Shown piece by piece: positions 1 through 13,834 of a stretch of 64,000 nucleotides of DNA; within the stretch, counting starts at the first letter, position 1, and each line of letters opens with the position of its first letter. Source of the DNA: Amoebidium appalachense. Lineage: Eukaryota; Protista; Ichthyosporea. The stretch is from positions 4,471,167 to 4,535,166 of the forward strand of contig CAVNZM010000005.1 of the NCBI GenBank assembly GCA_963693365.1. Reading direction: 5' to 3'. The position numbers and the translations under genes were made by a program. The notes under the pieces were generated by a model. It ran no database searches, had not been told where the DNA came from, and worked only from the letters and a program-made list of their open reading frames with translations.

Positions 1-111
1 GGGGTTGGGGGGGGGGGGGGGGGGGGGCTAACCATTGGCATTTTACAGACACCCACCCAATTACCCTCACGCACGCGCGCATCCGCACGGGTGCACACGC
101 ACACACACACA

Positions 112-184
<73 letters not shown>

Positions 185-185
185 G

Positions 186-2152
186 ACCATTTTTTCGGTA
201 CACAAGAGTATCTGCACCTACTGCGCAAGTGCCTGTGTCTGTATTGCTGGCGCCGCCTGCTTGGTAGTCATTTTCACTACTGACCTGTGGTGTCTAGGGG
301 GACTACGGGCAGCTGCTGGACCTCTACCGCACCCTCAGGCAGGCAGACAGGGAGGCACAGGAACGTGCAAACAGAGGTGGGTGTATTGTTTTTATTTTTT
401 ATTTCTATTTTGTATTTTTGTCTTGGTTTTTGTTGTTGTTGGTGGTGGTGGTGGTGGTGGTGTTTTTTTTTGTTGTTTTTTTTGTTTTGTTTTGTTTAAG
501 TTGGGGGGGGGGGGGGGGGTTGTTTTCCTGGGTGGTGAGGTTTATTTGGTGGGCCTGCCGGGGGGGAGGCAGTGAGTGGGGTGGAATCATGATGCCTGGA
601 GTCTGTGTTTGAGGATAAGGTTGTCAGTTGGTGTGGAAGGTGTGGCTGTAGTGTGTGTGTATGGGGATATCGTGTGCCTGTGGGCTTTTGGCGGGGGAGG
701 CGGGAAAGGGGGGAATGCCGGGAGGGAGGGAGGGGGGGGGGGGGGGGGAGGGGGGAGGGGGATAAAGGCATTAATGGTTGGGGTTGGGCACAGAAACACT
801 GCGGGCGTATTTCAGTGCATGGCGGACACACACAGCAATGGCCAGACAGAGAAGGGAGGAGGTGCACGAGCTGTGCCTGCAGGTGGGTGGTGAGTGTTTT
901 TTAAACCAAGGGGTGGTGGGGAGGGACGAGAGAGGAAAAGAGGGGGGAGAGGGGGGGGGGGGGGGGGGGGGGGGGGGAACGCTAATGCTAACTGGGCAAG
1001 TCCTTTTTATGAAGTGTGTGCGGCTCACGTGTGCAACCTGCATCGGTCTCGTTTACTATGTGTCGACGCGGCCTGCCTGCCTACCTGCCTGCCTGCCTGC
1101 CTGCCTGTCTCCCTACCTGCCTCCCTGCCTTCTGCCTGCACCATATGCCTGTGCTTGTCCGGGGGCCGTGTTCATGCCTGCATGTGGGGGGGTGTGCATG
1201 CATGTGTGTGACACTGTCCCGCAGATTCTCGAAAGCAGCATCCTTGCACCCGTGTACCAGCACATCGAGGACACGTCCTATCAGATGGTGGTCCCCACGG
1301 ATGGCCGCCCAGATAAAAGGTACACTGCATGCCTGCCCAGAAAGCGCGCACTCACACACACACTGTCTCTGTCTTCGGGTCAGCACGTGTGTCCCTCCCC
1401 TCCTGCCCCCCCCTCCCAAACAGTATCTGAGTTGGGTTTCGTTAACGAGGGGAATAGGTCGAAACTCGGGTACTGTGGATGACGTGGGCCCCCCCTGAGG
1501 ATGGGCTCTGCTTATTATGCATACTCTTTATGTATGGCTTGCATTCTGCATCGTGTTACCCGTTTGTTCTTGTGTACTTCGTACTTTTTGACGCATTCAA
1601 AACCCCCCCCCCCCCCCCCTCACATGCACACACTGACGCAACCTCACATACCACAAGTGAACGTGTCTAAACCCCCCTATTCCCCCCCCTCTCCCCGGAA
1701 CCCCCAAATTTTGTTGCCCTCACCTTTTCGTGAACACAAGCAGAATGACCATACTCTCAAAAGAGCAGGCACCGATGTAGTACCCCCCCACCCCCTCCCC
1801 CCCCCCTCATCCGACCCCACGCCACCCCTTTCCCCCATTTCCCCTCTCCCCTCCCAAACATAGACACACACGTACGCAGCCGTTCCCCTGCCGTCCCTCC
1901 CCATATACATACCCCCCCCCCCCCCCCCCCCCCCCATACACACACACACAAACACGCACACATACATACACACACGCACACCCACACACCTGACTATGGC
2001 CTGTACAGTAACGGGGAGCATGCACGGTGGGTGCCCGATGATGCCGTAGCTCGGTGCTGTCTGTGTTCGGTGCAATTCGGAATGCTCAGGAGGAGACACC
2101 ACTGCCGGTAGGTGGCCTTTTTTTTTTTTTTTTTTTTTTTTGTTGTTGTTGT

Positions 2153-2190
<38 letters not shown>

Positions 2191-2660
2191 GCTGATTGTG
2201 CATGCACAGCAACTGCGGCAATGTTGTGTGTGGAGGCTGCAGTGCCCAGCGGTCCACCATCCCCCACACGGCATACCACTCGGTGCTGGTCAGAGTCTGC
2301 AGCCCGTGCTTTGCCATTCTTAACCCCATTGCACACAAGACTCTCAATGATATCGGCCAGAAGAAGGTACACCCTCACCCACAGCCACATAGAGAATACC
2401 CCCCCCCCCCCCCCCCCGAGGCGGCCTAAGTGCATGCTTGAGGTTTAACAGGACTTGCAGGCAAGACCAGATGGTAGTTTCTCCTTGCCCGCATAATGAG
2501 AGAGGAGTAAGAAGTCATGTTATGTGAGATCGCGGCACATTGACGTTTCGTTGGGGTGCAGGTGGAGGGACCATCCGAGAGTGAAGACAGTGAGGGAGAG
2601 GGCAAGCCCATATTTGGGGCTGCAGAGGAGGGGGTGGTGGATGGGTTGCTGCTACTGTGA
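186..2660 (+). CDS. FYVE zinc-finger protein, 3' portion (5' end probably outside window). Exons ~186-228, 298-376, 794-882, 1225-1319, 2009-2107, 2210-2366, 2562-2660
   Basis: GT-AG splicing with consistent phases gives ...ARWVPDDAVARCCLCSVQFGMLRRRHHCRNCGNVVCGGCSAQRSTIPHTAYHSVLVRVCSPCF..., containing the FYVE WxxD, RRHHCR and RVC motifs. CTGAC/CTGAT branch-like motifs precede the acceptors at 2009 and 2210. Stop TGA at 2658-2660. Confidence 0.85.
1418..1602 (+). mobile_element. 5'-truncated copy of the PLE terminal repeat (family A) inside the FYVE-gene intron 1320-2008
   Basis: Near-identical reverse complement of ~54580-54765. Ends GCATTCAAAA directly before a (C)n tract and is preceded by a C-rich tract. 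Confidence 0.9.
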
Positions 2661-2842
2661 GTTGGAACACTTAGCACGCTATATGGGTAGCAGGGAGTTG
2701 TTTTGGAATGAAAGCTGATATTTAGTAACATGTAGCGAATGCAGCTAAGGCACGTATGAAAGCATATATTGATCTGCCTGATCGTCAAATGGGAGTTTGT
2801 GTGTGTTTGTGAAAAGGAATAGATGGGACGCCGAGCTCCGCG

Positions 2843-2884
<42 letters not shown>

Positions 2885-3500
2885 GGGGGGGGGGGGGGGG
2901 AGGGGAAATCGAACCTAGTGTCAAGGCTACACCTCGGAGGCATGTGTGCTTGCTGTTAGTTATAGGTGCTTGCGATTGCTAGCTGCAAAATCTCAGACCT
3001 ATGTATTCATGTATCATGTATATGGCGTGCTATCCAATATGTGTGTGCAACTTTACTGTTGCACTGATGTGAGCTTGAACACACCAGAAAATTGCATCAT
3101 GGAGCTTGTAGTAGAGATGTAGTGTGTACAGACAATTGCAACGCCTTAAGTATAGGTACCCCGCATGTCTGGGGCGTATGTGACCCAACGCCGGTGATTT
3201 TTTTCCCCACTTTTTTCGTGAGGCATGTAATGCGAATAAACCAACACTTGTTGCGCTGTTCCATACATGACACGCTATGTACAAATCGTGGACACTTGGT
3301 GGTGTGGGATCCCATAGCATCCAAGCTGGCACATGTTCGCGTGTGTGTATCTGGTGTGTGTGTGCTTGTAACTGCAATGACCCTCTCCACAATCAATGCC
3401 TCTTTGAATTCAGAATTCGAGAGCAAAAACTTACGAAACAAAACTCATTGCAGACTTACTCACGGAAGTATGTCCGCGGGGAGCTTTTGGTGGTGGTGGT

Positions 3501-3535
<35 letters not shown>

Positions 3536-3836
3536 GGGGGGGGCTGCCTTCTAACACCTCCCGGCTCTCCTCACACCCCAGCACGCACAGTCAGGGAGCA
3601 GGGAAAAGACGAAGAAATACCATACACTACAATAGGTTGCACATGTATTCACGTGCGACCCGTTTGAACGGTTGCCCTCTGTCCCTTCCCCTCCCTCCCC
3701 CCCCTCCCCCCTTCTCCCCACATACACACACACCACCACAACCCAAAAAGGTGCCACTGTGCTAAACGTTGACGTTTATCAATAAGGTAACACACACTGG
3801 CAATCACTTTCACGCGTCTCCCATGTTCAATCTAGT

Positions 3837-5500
3837 TCAGAAAAATGTTTCCAGCTGGTTGGGGATATGCAACTTTATTTCGCTTCCAGATAGAGCCGCT
3901 GCCATCACTATGTATACCAACACATTCTCATACACATTCTTCACCATCATGCCTAGTACCTACACATCACATGATCATAATACAACATTGCTGGACACTA
4001 ACGCAGCTGCCGGGGTTGCACCTAGCTATTGCAATTTTATACATGTACACAAGTTTCCATCGCGACCATGATGAGCACTAGTAATTCCGCTTGCCAAACT
4101 TGTATGTTTCATATAATGATACAGCTTGTCCAACTACCACAACCCCTGCCAGATGGCAAATGTGGTAACGTGATTCAAACCGTCAGCATGCTTCCCGATC
4201 TCCCCGTGGAAGTACGTAATTTGTCCTAGGCATACCCCATAGGTAAAGTTGCCCAGAGTCGCAACTGCACCGAAATCATACCACGACCCAGTCCAGGCAC
4301 CCAAGTCGGAGATCACTGCCATGACACAGAAGAATGTAATTGCCGTTCCAATCGTGCAGGAAAACCAGGTCTCCTTGGGCTTGCTTGTGTGTCCTGCTTG
4401 ACAATGTGTTGATGCAACGTCATTGTTAGGAGAACGGCCATGACCGATAGCATGCAATTGACTATAGGTCACTGATTGTAAGCCTTTAACGAAGTAAGGC
4501 AGAACTCATCCGCGTGAATGTGAGAGAAGCAAGCAGTTGTGTGTACGTTTTGTCAGCGAGAATGTCAGGATGCCGTTTGAGTGTGGCTCTTAGCAACTTA
4601 CCAAACCTACAACCTTACGGAACCGTGGCCTGGCAGGGAAGAGCATTTAAGCACGGGAAACTCACCAACATGTGGAACTTAAAACATAGAACCCCAAAGT
4701 GTGAAAAACTTAGAATGGTGTGATTGTGATGGAATGGTGAAAGATAGGAGTGAGAGGAGAAGGCTACTAGCACACAACCGTAGTGCAAGGGTGGCAAACT
4801 GCAAGATTCGTGTACAATTCGCACCTTGTGACCAGAATTCCAGGACCCCTGGGAAGAGGTAGGGGGTGCAGCAACCCATCATGACCGTCAGGCCCTCGAG
4901 AATGCTGGAGGCCAGGTGGAAGGCATGTGCGTTCGGGGGCTGAAATGCCAGAACGTACACACATGCAATGCCCACTACACCCAGGGCAACGAAGACACAC
5001 AGGACAAAGGCAACTTGGGCTTTACTAAAGTCTGAGCAGGGGAAGCAGCCGAGTCTTGTGCACCTGCCCCTGTGTTAACCGCAATATGTTTGTTAGCAGT
5101 CGCAGTGGGTTGCCTGTTTATGTATCGTCCTTGTCTGCTATTAGTAACCTATAGGCTCTTTACATTCCATCTGGCACACCAAAGGCCACGCATTCCCTTT
5201 TTCTCCTGCTTTTACGACGGTTGTGTTAGGCCCTGGGACAACCAACGAGCAAGTTACCCTTCACCAAACAGCTGCTGGATTCAGTTTCAGAAAGAAGTTA
5301 AGCTAATGCTGGCATTTATAAACCACGCTTAAGCAATTAGCATGAGCTCTCGGACTGCTCTGTTGTTCGTCCAAACACACAGCAAAGCGAAACCAATGTC
5401 TTGCATGCCAGCCCTAGTGCACATGTTCCACCACGCTTTGGGAGCGCCAAGAACACAGAGCAGGTCACGGTTGTCGTAGCATTGGTCTGCCCTAGCACAA
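3837..5500 (-). CDS. Probable multi-exon membrane protein of unknown function; exon structure uncertain
   Basis: Hydrophobic segments between AG/GT sites: CVFVALGVVGIACVYVLAF...LEFWSQ, KETWFSCTIGTAITFFCVMAVISDLG..., VLGMMVKNVYENVLVYIVMAAAL...FF*. Some exon phases could not be reconciled. Confidence 0.4.
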
Positions 5501-6364
5501 GCAGGAGTAGGGAGAAACCCACGACATGGGGAAATATGAGAGGGTTAACCAGGGCACAAACGTTAACACGAAGCTCCGAACCTACCTGTCGCTAAGTTTG
5601 GGTTGTGCTTGCCACTCTCTCCACTCACAAAGCGGTTGGGCTCGACGAACGTCGGTGAAACTATAAAGCCCCTAAGCTTCTCTTCACAAGCTCCGATAGT
5701 TATAGGGAGCGCCATAGTTGTAATCGTTTTCGTCTAAGAGCCCTTTGGCCCGGTTTGCAAGGTCTTCAGGAACAAAAACCTCGTAGGAGCCTTTGCTGGA
5801 AAACGAGCCAATAGCAAGGTAACGAAAGGGGCCGTGTGTGGATGCATACTGACGTGCTTGTAGCTTTTATATACTGGTTGGGTTACCTGCCAAATATGGA
5901 ACGTTATTTTTTTTTGCTCCAAAGGCAATAACCACCCGTGTGAGCCCTGAACCAGCACACACTAAGATGAGCCTTTCTTTGAGGTTTTCTGCGCTGGCCT
6001 GTGCTGTGGACCAGGCCGCGCTCGGATCCGGAGGAACCAAAAAAGCCTTCGCGCCAAAAATGACTCATTCACCAATCAAGCATTAAGACCAATCATATTC
6101 GAGATAATTTAGACACGGCGTGATCATTCGCTAAATTTAACGCAAGACGTTGAGCAAGGCGATGCAGCAAGACTCATACGGGTTACGGTATACTTGGCGA
6201 GTTTGAACAGTTTTCAAGTTTCCAAGTACTAGTACTACAGCTGTAGTTCACCGGTTTTTAGGAGGCACTTCATCCTTCAATATTTCGGCTTCTCTCACGG
6301 TATCATAGCCACGGAATACTCCTTTAGATCTGATAATGCTTCTCATTGTGAGGTCTTCTGTAGA

Positions 6365-6610
6365 ATGTCTGCAAAGCTGCTCAACTACTTGCAAGATGCT
6401 GTAAGCCCTCACACAGACCTGCTTACTCACCCGCTATTCAGCATCACGCGGCAAATGGCAGAAATGGAGAATCATGGGCCCACATACCACCAGATACTAG
6501 ACGGGATTAGAGCAGAACATGAAAATGCAAGGACGAGAGGGAACACGGAGGCAGTGGCTGCTCTTGCTGCAGAATACAGGGAGCGCCACAAAGAGTTCAC
6601 GATACCATAA
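6365..6610 (+). CDS. Small hypothetical protein or terminal exon (81 aa, helical)
   Basis: Non-repetitive ORF with normal amino-acid composition, preceded by a TGTAG acceptor-like site. CCAAT boxes lie near 6070-6095. No recognisable domain. Confidence 0.35.
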   Translation: MSAKLLNYLQDAVSPHTDLLTHPLFSITRQMAEMENHGPTYHQILDGIRAEHENARTRGNTEAVAALAAEYRERHKEFTIP

Positions 6611-6719
6611 TTCGTGGAGGGAGATTGAATTGATGCGCAGATAAAACTAGCGGATGACTTCCGTATTCGTTTACAAGAAAGATGTGGTAAGTGTTTTTCA
6701 TGTACCTATGCCAGCCTCC

Positions 6720-6757
<38 letters not shown>

Positions 6758-9242
6758 CGGAAACACAGCTGCCATTTTCTAATCTTCCAATAGGGCCATC
6801 TAATTCTCTGGTCCTCCACACTTCCATTCTTTTTCTTAGCCCGTTATTTCGTTCCTAATAGTGACCCACCCCCCTGTGACCCACCCCTCGCTGAATCAAG
6901 TGCACGCGTGTGGCATCCGGCATCCATCTTTTCCAAAAAAAATCCCGGACTTCTGTGTGGTCTATGTCCTAGCCTGTTGAGCCCAGACATATCCCCCCCC
7001 TCCCCCCCCTCCATTCCTCCCCCCCCCCCCCCTCCCCACCCACCCATCCCCTCCCCGACCTTCTCTTCCTCTCTCTCTCTCCTCCCCCCCCCCCCCCCCC
7101 TCTCTCATTCAGCTGTTTCTCATTCAGCTGTTTCTTCCCACCTTCAATCACCATATGTACAGTACAATGACTTCCTTACGGGGCTGGAACCCCTTGAGTA
7201 TGACATTAACAGGACGTGCAGGCGGGCTTGCGGGAGTAAAAAGAAACGTAAGGGCAGCGGCCAAACGGAGGGAAATGAAAGCAACACCCACGCCTGGCCT
7301 GCAAGTAGCCCTGCAGCCACATAACACGACAGGTGGTGTGCAGCAGCAAAGCGAAGAGAATGGTTTTGTGTTCGCACTGAACCAAGCCCCTACAGACTCG
7401 GTTGCTGACGAACTTACTCCACTTTTGCGTGTCAGATAAATTGGACATGTTTGAATGTTCGCTTGTTGCATGCTACCTTGTTTCTAGGCTGCAGTTTTGA
7501 TATTTGTACTGAACGCGTATGTAACGGTACAGGCTATGACCATGTCATAGAAAATTTGACATATACAGTTGCCAATGGTGCTGTTAGGAAGGACGATGAG
7601 GATGGTCGTGTGTGTGGTGTGAGAATAGGGTTACTTGGTGTTGTGGTGGGTTAGTTGGTGCAGTGGTGGTGGCGGTGAGGGTGGTCGAAAGTATCCCCTT
7701 TGGATTTGGGGGGGGGAGAGGGGGGAGGAGAGGGGGGGGGGGGGGGGGGGGGATGGTGGGGAGGAACCTGCCTGCCTGTGACCCGGAACTTAGACTAATA
7801 GTCTTATAATGACGGTGACTAGACTTCGAAGGACTTGGTTAAGATAACCCCATCCTGCTTTTGGTAACCGTGGGACATAATTTACCACCCCAACTCCCCC
7901 CCCCCTCCTCCCCCTCTCCCCCCTTCCCCCCTCTCCCCCTACCTTCTTCTTCTTTTTTTTTTTTTTTTGTGCGCACGCGCGCTTGCGTGTGTGGGGGTGT
8001 GCATGGTGGTGGTGGTGGTGGTATAGCTTGGGGGAGGAGGAGGAGGGGGGGGGGGGGGGGGGGGGGGGGAGGGGGGGGGGGGATGGGGGGGAAGGGGGGG
8101 GGGGGGAGGGGATGGGGGGGAAGGGGGGGGGGGGGGGGGGAGGGGAAGGGGGGGGGGGGGGGGGGGGGGGGGGGGGAGGGGGGGGGAGGGGGGAGGTAGA
8201 GGAGAAGGGGTCGTGAATTAATTCATAGTATGTGTAGGTGTACGTGAAGGCCGCGGCAAACTATTTATGCTCATCTGAAGTGCATTGTAATTACGGAATG
8301 ACACGCACTAAGTCTATTAACTGTGAATATATCACTTTTCAAGTCGGAGTATCGTAAAGCTATACTGGTTTTCGAATGTGCAGTTGATGCTTGGTTGGTA
8401 TTACCGTGATGTTCTCGTAGCGCAGGCAGGCACTGGTCTTTCCATCGACTTTTTCCGCAGCTGGCCTGTTGCCATCTGTAATAAACAATGCCTTCCCACT
8501 TTTACGTGTTCTCAATGAGACTGGTGGCATAGCATGGGAATCATTCAGGCTCCCAGTGTCAGTAAATATTGATAACGGAATCTTTTGTTTTCACCGTTTT
8601 TATAAAAATTCTGCCCCACACAGTTTTCTTTTTTCTTAATTTCTTACTCCCTTCTTCTTTTTTTTTTTCTCCTTCCCTTTTTTTGTTGCTTCTTCTGTTA
8701 CAGTAAGTTGCCCCCGCGCGGCCGCGCGCGCAACCATGGCCATACGGGTGAATCCCCCCCCCCCTTCCCCCCCCCCCCCCCCAAAAAAAAAAAAAAAAAA
8801 AAAAAAAGGAAAAGGAAAGAACGGAATAAAAAGAAACGAATTGCAAAAGAAGGGGAAAACGTAGTCATGTGATCACCGATCATAAAATTGCACTCAACCG
8901 CGGCCGCACAAAACATTATAATATGACAAACACACACACACACATGCACACACACACACACACACCCACGCACACCCACACACACGTAGTGACACCCACA
9001 TACACACATTCTATGACACAGACGTACACACACCCACAGTGTCACGCGCGTGTGCACACCCACAAAAATACAATGATCATGACATATACACATAGCCTCC
9101 TCGCACACGTCATGTGGAGTTGTATGGTCTTTGATCTGCTTCCTACGTAACGATACATAAAATGGGAGTGGAGTGTGTGGGCATAATTGGGTGTGTGGTG
9201 TGTGTGTGTGTGTGCGCGCGCTCAGTTACGTGTGTGTCACCC

Positions 9243-9282
<40 letters not shown>

Positions 9283-10200
9283 CGTGCGTGTGTGTCTGTA
9301 GTGTTTATCTCTGTGTGTACATGTGCTATAGCTAGGTGTACGTTGTGTGTGTGTATGTGTGTGTGTGCATTTGTGCTACTTGCACTGTGTGTGTATGTGT
9401 GTGTTTGTGTGCTGTGCGCGCCCATATCGCACGTTATGTAGGAAATCAATGAACACTCACACATATGCAAATCCCATTTTATAACATTGCATCTTTACGT
9501 AGCAAACATACCAATGCACATGTGGAGCTTTCAGAGTTGCAATCAGCTATGAACTTAATTTGCACTCCCAGGCCAGCTGGAAATATCATACGTGGGGCTT
9601 ACATTCGTTTGGCTGTCCCTCTCACCGCTCGAATCGGGTCATTCATACTACTAGCCTAAAGATCGACTATACTATTCTCAACACCCCACCTACTGTCTGA
9701 ACCGCCAAATGTACGTCTAACAGAAGGGCTCTAAGCGCTGTGTATATGTGTGAGCCAACACGTGTATGAAATTCATTGTACGCAAGTGAAAGTGCTGAAC
9801 GTTGATCGTGTAGTTTGACAATTTGTGTGGCCACCTACTTGTCCTACTACTGTTTGCATAACAAAACACAAACAACACCTCCCCCACCCTATTCCTTGCC
9901 GCCATGCGCATCCGCTGATCCCTCACCCTTCACCCTGCTACTCTTTGATTGGTTCCGAGTCACGAGATTTTTACCACGTGGTTTTGCTTTGCTGCGTGGC
10001 TGTTTGCTACGTGGTTATCATGAAACCGGCTTTCCCTGTGAACCACCACCACTGGTCAGATCGATGCGTGAAAGTATGCTGCTGCACCTTATTGGTGCGA
10101 AAAGACAGAATGCACCAGCAGCCCAGATTCCCTACAGGCACCCTACTACCGGCAACGACTGGTATGTGGGCAAAAGGCACCCTTTCATTTAGCTATAAAC

Positions 10201-10236
<36 letters not shown>

Positions 10237-10401
10237 CGGCGCTCCCAGGGCGCACACGCGCGTACACCACACAGGCACACCCACACGCCTGCCTGCACCC
10301 ACCCAACCACCCACAGACACCCACAGTACCCACCCCCACTTCCCCCCATTCCCCCACCCATCCCCACGTACCTGCTCTATCCCCCCCCCCCCCCCCTCCA
10401 A

Positions 10402-10432
<31 letters not shown>

Positions 10433-10489
10433 ACCCAAACCATATCCACCATCTTAACCCCCGTGCACCTCCCCACCCATCCCCACGTA

Positions 10490-11765
10490 CCTTCGTGTCC
10501 TCACCCACGCCCGCTTCAGCAGCCAGCTGCATGACCCGTCTCTGCTTGGTTTCAGGCAATTTCCTCAGCGCACATGTGAGCACCAGCGCACTCAACAACA
10601 CCTGGTCTGTGCGTGCATCCAAGCCCACGGGTCTCCCCTTGCGCCAATCCAGGCACGTTCGATCCCACTCCCTAATCAGCTCCAACATGTAGTCCACATG
10701 TCCCGGGCCCTTGCATGCCTCACACAAGCGCTGCCACAGTAACTCGTAGTAGCGGGGGCCTGCCGGCTGGCCCACAGAATGGTACGTGGCCAAAACCTGC
10801 ATCATGCCCCTAGTGTCTCCATTCTTCCCCATGGCCTCAAACAACATATGCAGAACCTTGCGTGCGCCTTCGTGCAGTGGGCCCTTATTCGGTGTCGTGT
10901 GTTGAATCTGGGCGACAACGTGCCGGAGAAACTTTGCATGGACATCCCTGTCTGGCTTGGGGCAAATGACGTATGCCAGGTTGACCATAATGGGCCAGGG
11001 AACATATAACCCCGACTGCACACACGCCTCCAGCCACATCTCCAGGGCCCTTGGCTGGCGAAAGATGGTTCTAAGTCTGGTTGAAAGCACCTTGTGCACA
11101 GAACTCATTACAGTCTCGTCCATACCCTGCCCGTGTGTCTTCATAGCGTCCGAAATAACCAGTAGCTGCCGGGGGTTTCCGTGAAGAAATACCGCCTGAA
11201 GGGTTAACCCCAACGCAGTGTGGTCTGGGCTAGGCCCCACGTGGCACATGTGCGTCAATGTGCGCACGGCCGCGCTTGCGTTGCCCTTGGCCACACATGT
11301 TTGCAACAGTGCGTGGTACACGTACATAGGGGCTCTACGGTCCGGGCCCCTGAATGCCTGCATGGCCAGAAGTAGCCCGTCCAGCCTACCCTCTTGGCCC
11401 AAGACCTCCACACACCGGTACTGCACATAGCCCGGGATGTTGAGGCCCGCGTCTTGCAGCCGGTCCAGCAGCTCCATCATGGGCGTGCACAGGTTGCGGT
11501 CGGCAAGTGCAAACAGTACACGGCCCCACGTCAGCTCGGGTCGTGGCATGCCTGACTTCATGATGGTGTCTACACCAATAGCCTGAGGGGAGGGAGAGAG
11601 AAGGAGAGAAGGGAGGGAGGAAGGGAAAGGCCGGGGGGGGGGGGGGGGGGGGGGGGCAGTTAATATCAAGCAATGGATGTGCCTCCAATTCCCTCCAGAA
11701 TGCTGCTGCACGCACAGGGGGCACATTCACTTCAATACCGTATTGATCCCCCCCCCCCCTCTCTC

Positions 11766-11807
<42 letters not shown>

Positions 11808-11987
11808 CCCCCCCCCCCCCCCCCCCCCCCACAACATCACCACCACCACCACCACCACCACCACCAACCCGTCCATCCACAACTAACACCACCAGCATGC
11901 AACACACAGCAGCTAAGTATCCCTTGTTTCAAGCACGACTTGGCAGAAAGTGCACTAGCCTACACTGTCTACGGGGATTATCCCCCC

Positions 11988-12018
<31 letters not shown>

Positions 12019-13577
12019 ACACATTAAACACATACACAAACACATACAAAGGCACACAAAGGAGAAGGAAAAGACGAGGGCAAACACTATCCCATCACCA
12101 AAAAAAATTTTTTTTGCCTAACACACCTTAGCACCAGTCAGGTACAGTGCAGCCACTGCTGTCGTGTTGTTTCGTTTGCCGTGGGCCTTAACTGCAACCC
12201 GCCATACCCACACTGCCTGCATCAGACCGGCTATTTTTAGCTGGCCCCAGAGGGCCACCAATTCGGCCCGCATGTCCATCTGGCTAAGGCCTGTGGCCAC
12301 AGGCAGTATGTCTCCCCTGTGAGCCCTGCAAACAGCACTTTGTGAGTGCGTGAAGGGTATGGGGTGATAAGTGTGCAAGAAGGGGAAAATGGCACACATC
12401 GCGCTGCAATTCAACAATGATATCTACACAATCACATGCACACCCGCCTACATACATAATCAGAGATACGACACTGCTGCATGTTCTTACCACTCCACTT
12501 TGCCACACTGCTATCCAAGACCCTCCCCTCCACCATGGACAGGTACCCAAAAACCACCTAACCCATCTCGTCCACTAATATGTCCGGCGCATCGCATTTC
12601 CCCACCCATACTGTCCAACCTCCCCCCCCCCCCCCCCTCCCCCGCCGGGGGGGAAGCAGTCCACTCACAAAGTCTCAATTGTGCACATACACCCACAACA
12701 CACACACACACACATACACAAGCTCATGCACACCTACGTTTGCCCCCTCCCCCCCCCCCCCCCCCCCTCCCCCTCCCATCCTCCTCCTCCCCCCCCCCTC
12801 TCCCCACACCCATCCACTCATCCAACATCCCCCCTTTCCCCCTAATCTCCCTCCCTCCTCTCCCCTATCCCCACGCACACCTTCACCCCCCCCCCCCCCC
12901 CTCTTCCCACCCACCTTGCCAGGTCGTGTTTGCACAGAACCTCCCAAGCAGAAACCACCCAATCCTGCTTCCCCGCCTCGGCAAACCCCTGGATTGTGCC
13001 AGAAAGGGCCGACACCACCCACCGTGCCCACTGCCTGTGTGCAAACAGAGTCTTGGCATGCTCGAGTTGGCCCACACTGGCCAGTGCTCTACATACGATG
13101 CTGGCCGTGCGTGGCCCTGGGGCCGGGACCCTAGCAAGGAGATCGATGGCTGTGGTGATGCCTTCGATGCTGTCGGTGCTGTGGAGAGGTGGAACGTGTA
13201 AGTGGGCAGTCGTAGGTGGCACAGCCTACAATGGCCTTGGTTGGTTATATAATCAGTACACATACTATGCTATAAAACAGGAAAAAAAACACACACAGCT
13301 ATAGGTAACCCCCCCCCCCCCCCCCGGGGGGGGGGGGGGGGGGGGGCAAACACACACACACATACCCCCCTACTAACCAATCCCTTTGCTGCCCATAGAC
13401 AAAACGCTCACAACACGGGCACCTACCTACCAATCTACCCACCACATGCGGTGCAGCTGCCTGGAAGCTAGCACATTCAAGGCAGCCGAAGCCAGTCCAC
13501 ACATGGGCATCCTCCCCACAACCACATGCACACACCAACACCGCCACTACCGCACCAAACAACCACTTCCTTAAAAC

Positions 13578-13609
<32 letters not shown>

Positions 13610-13789
13610 TTCCTGCCCCCCCCCCGGACAACAAACGGAAGAACAAATCAGACAGAAAAAGCAGAAAAAGAAAAGACTCCCCCCCCCCCCCCCCTCCCCC
13701 TCCCCTTACGGCCCGGTCCGTCTCGGCCAACCAGTCCCACCAGCGCCAACACCCTAACCCACCACCCCCTCCCCCCCCCCCTCCCCCCC

Positions 13790-13834
<45 letters not shown>

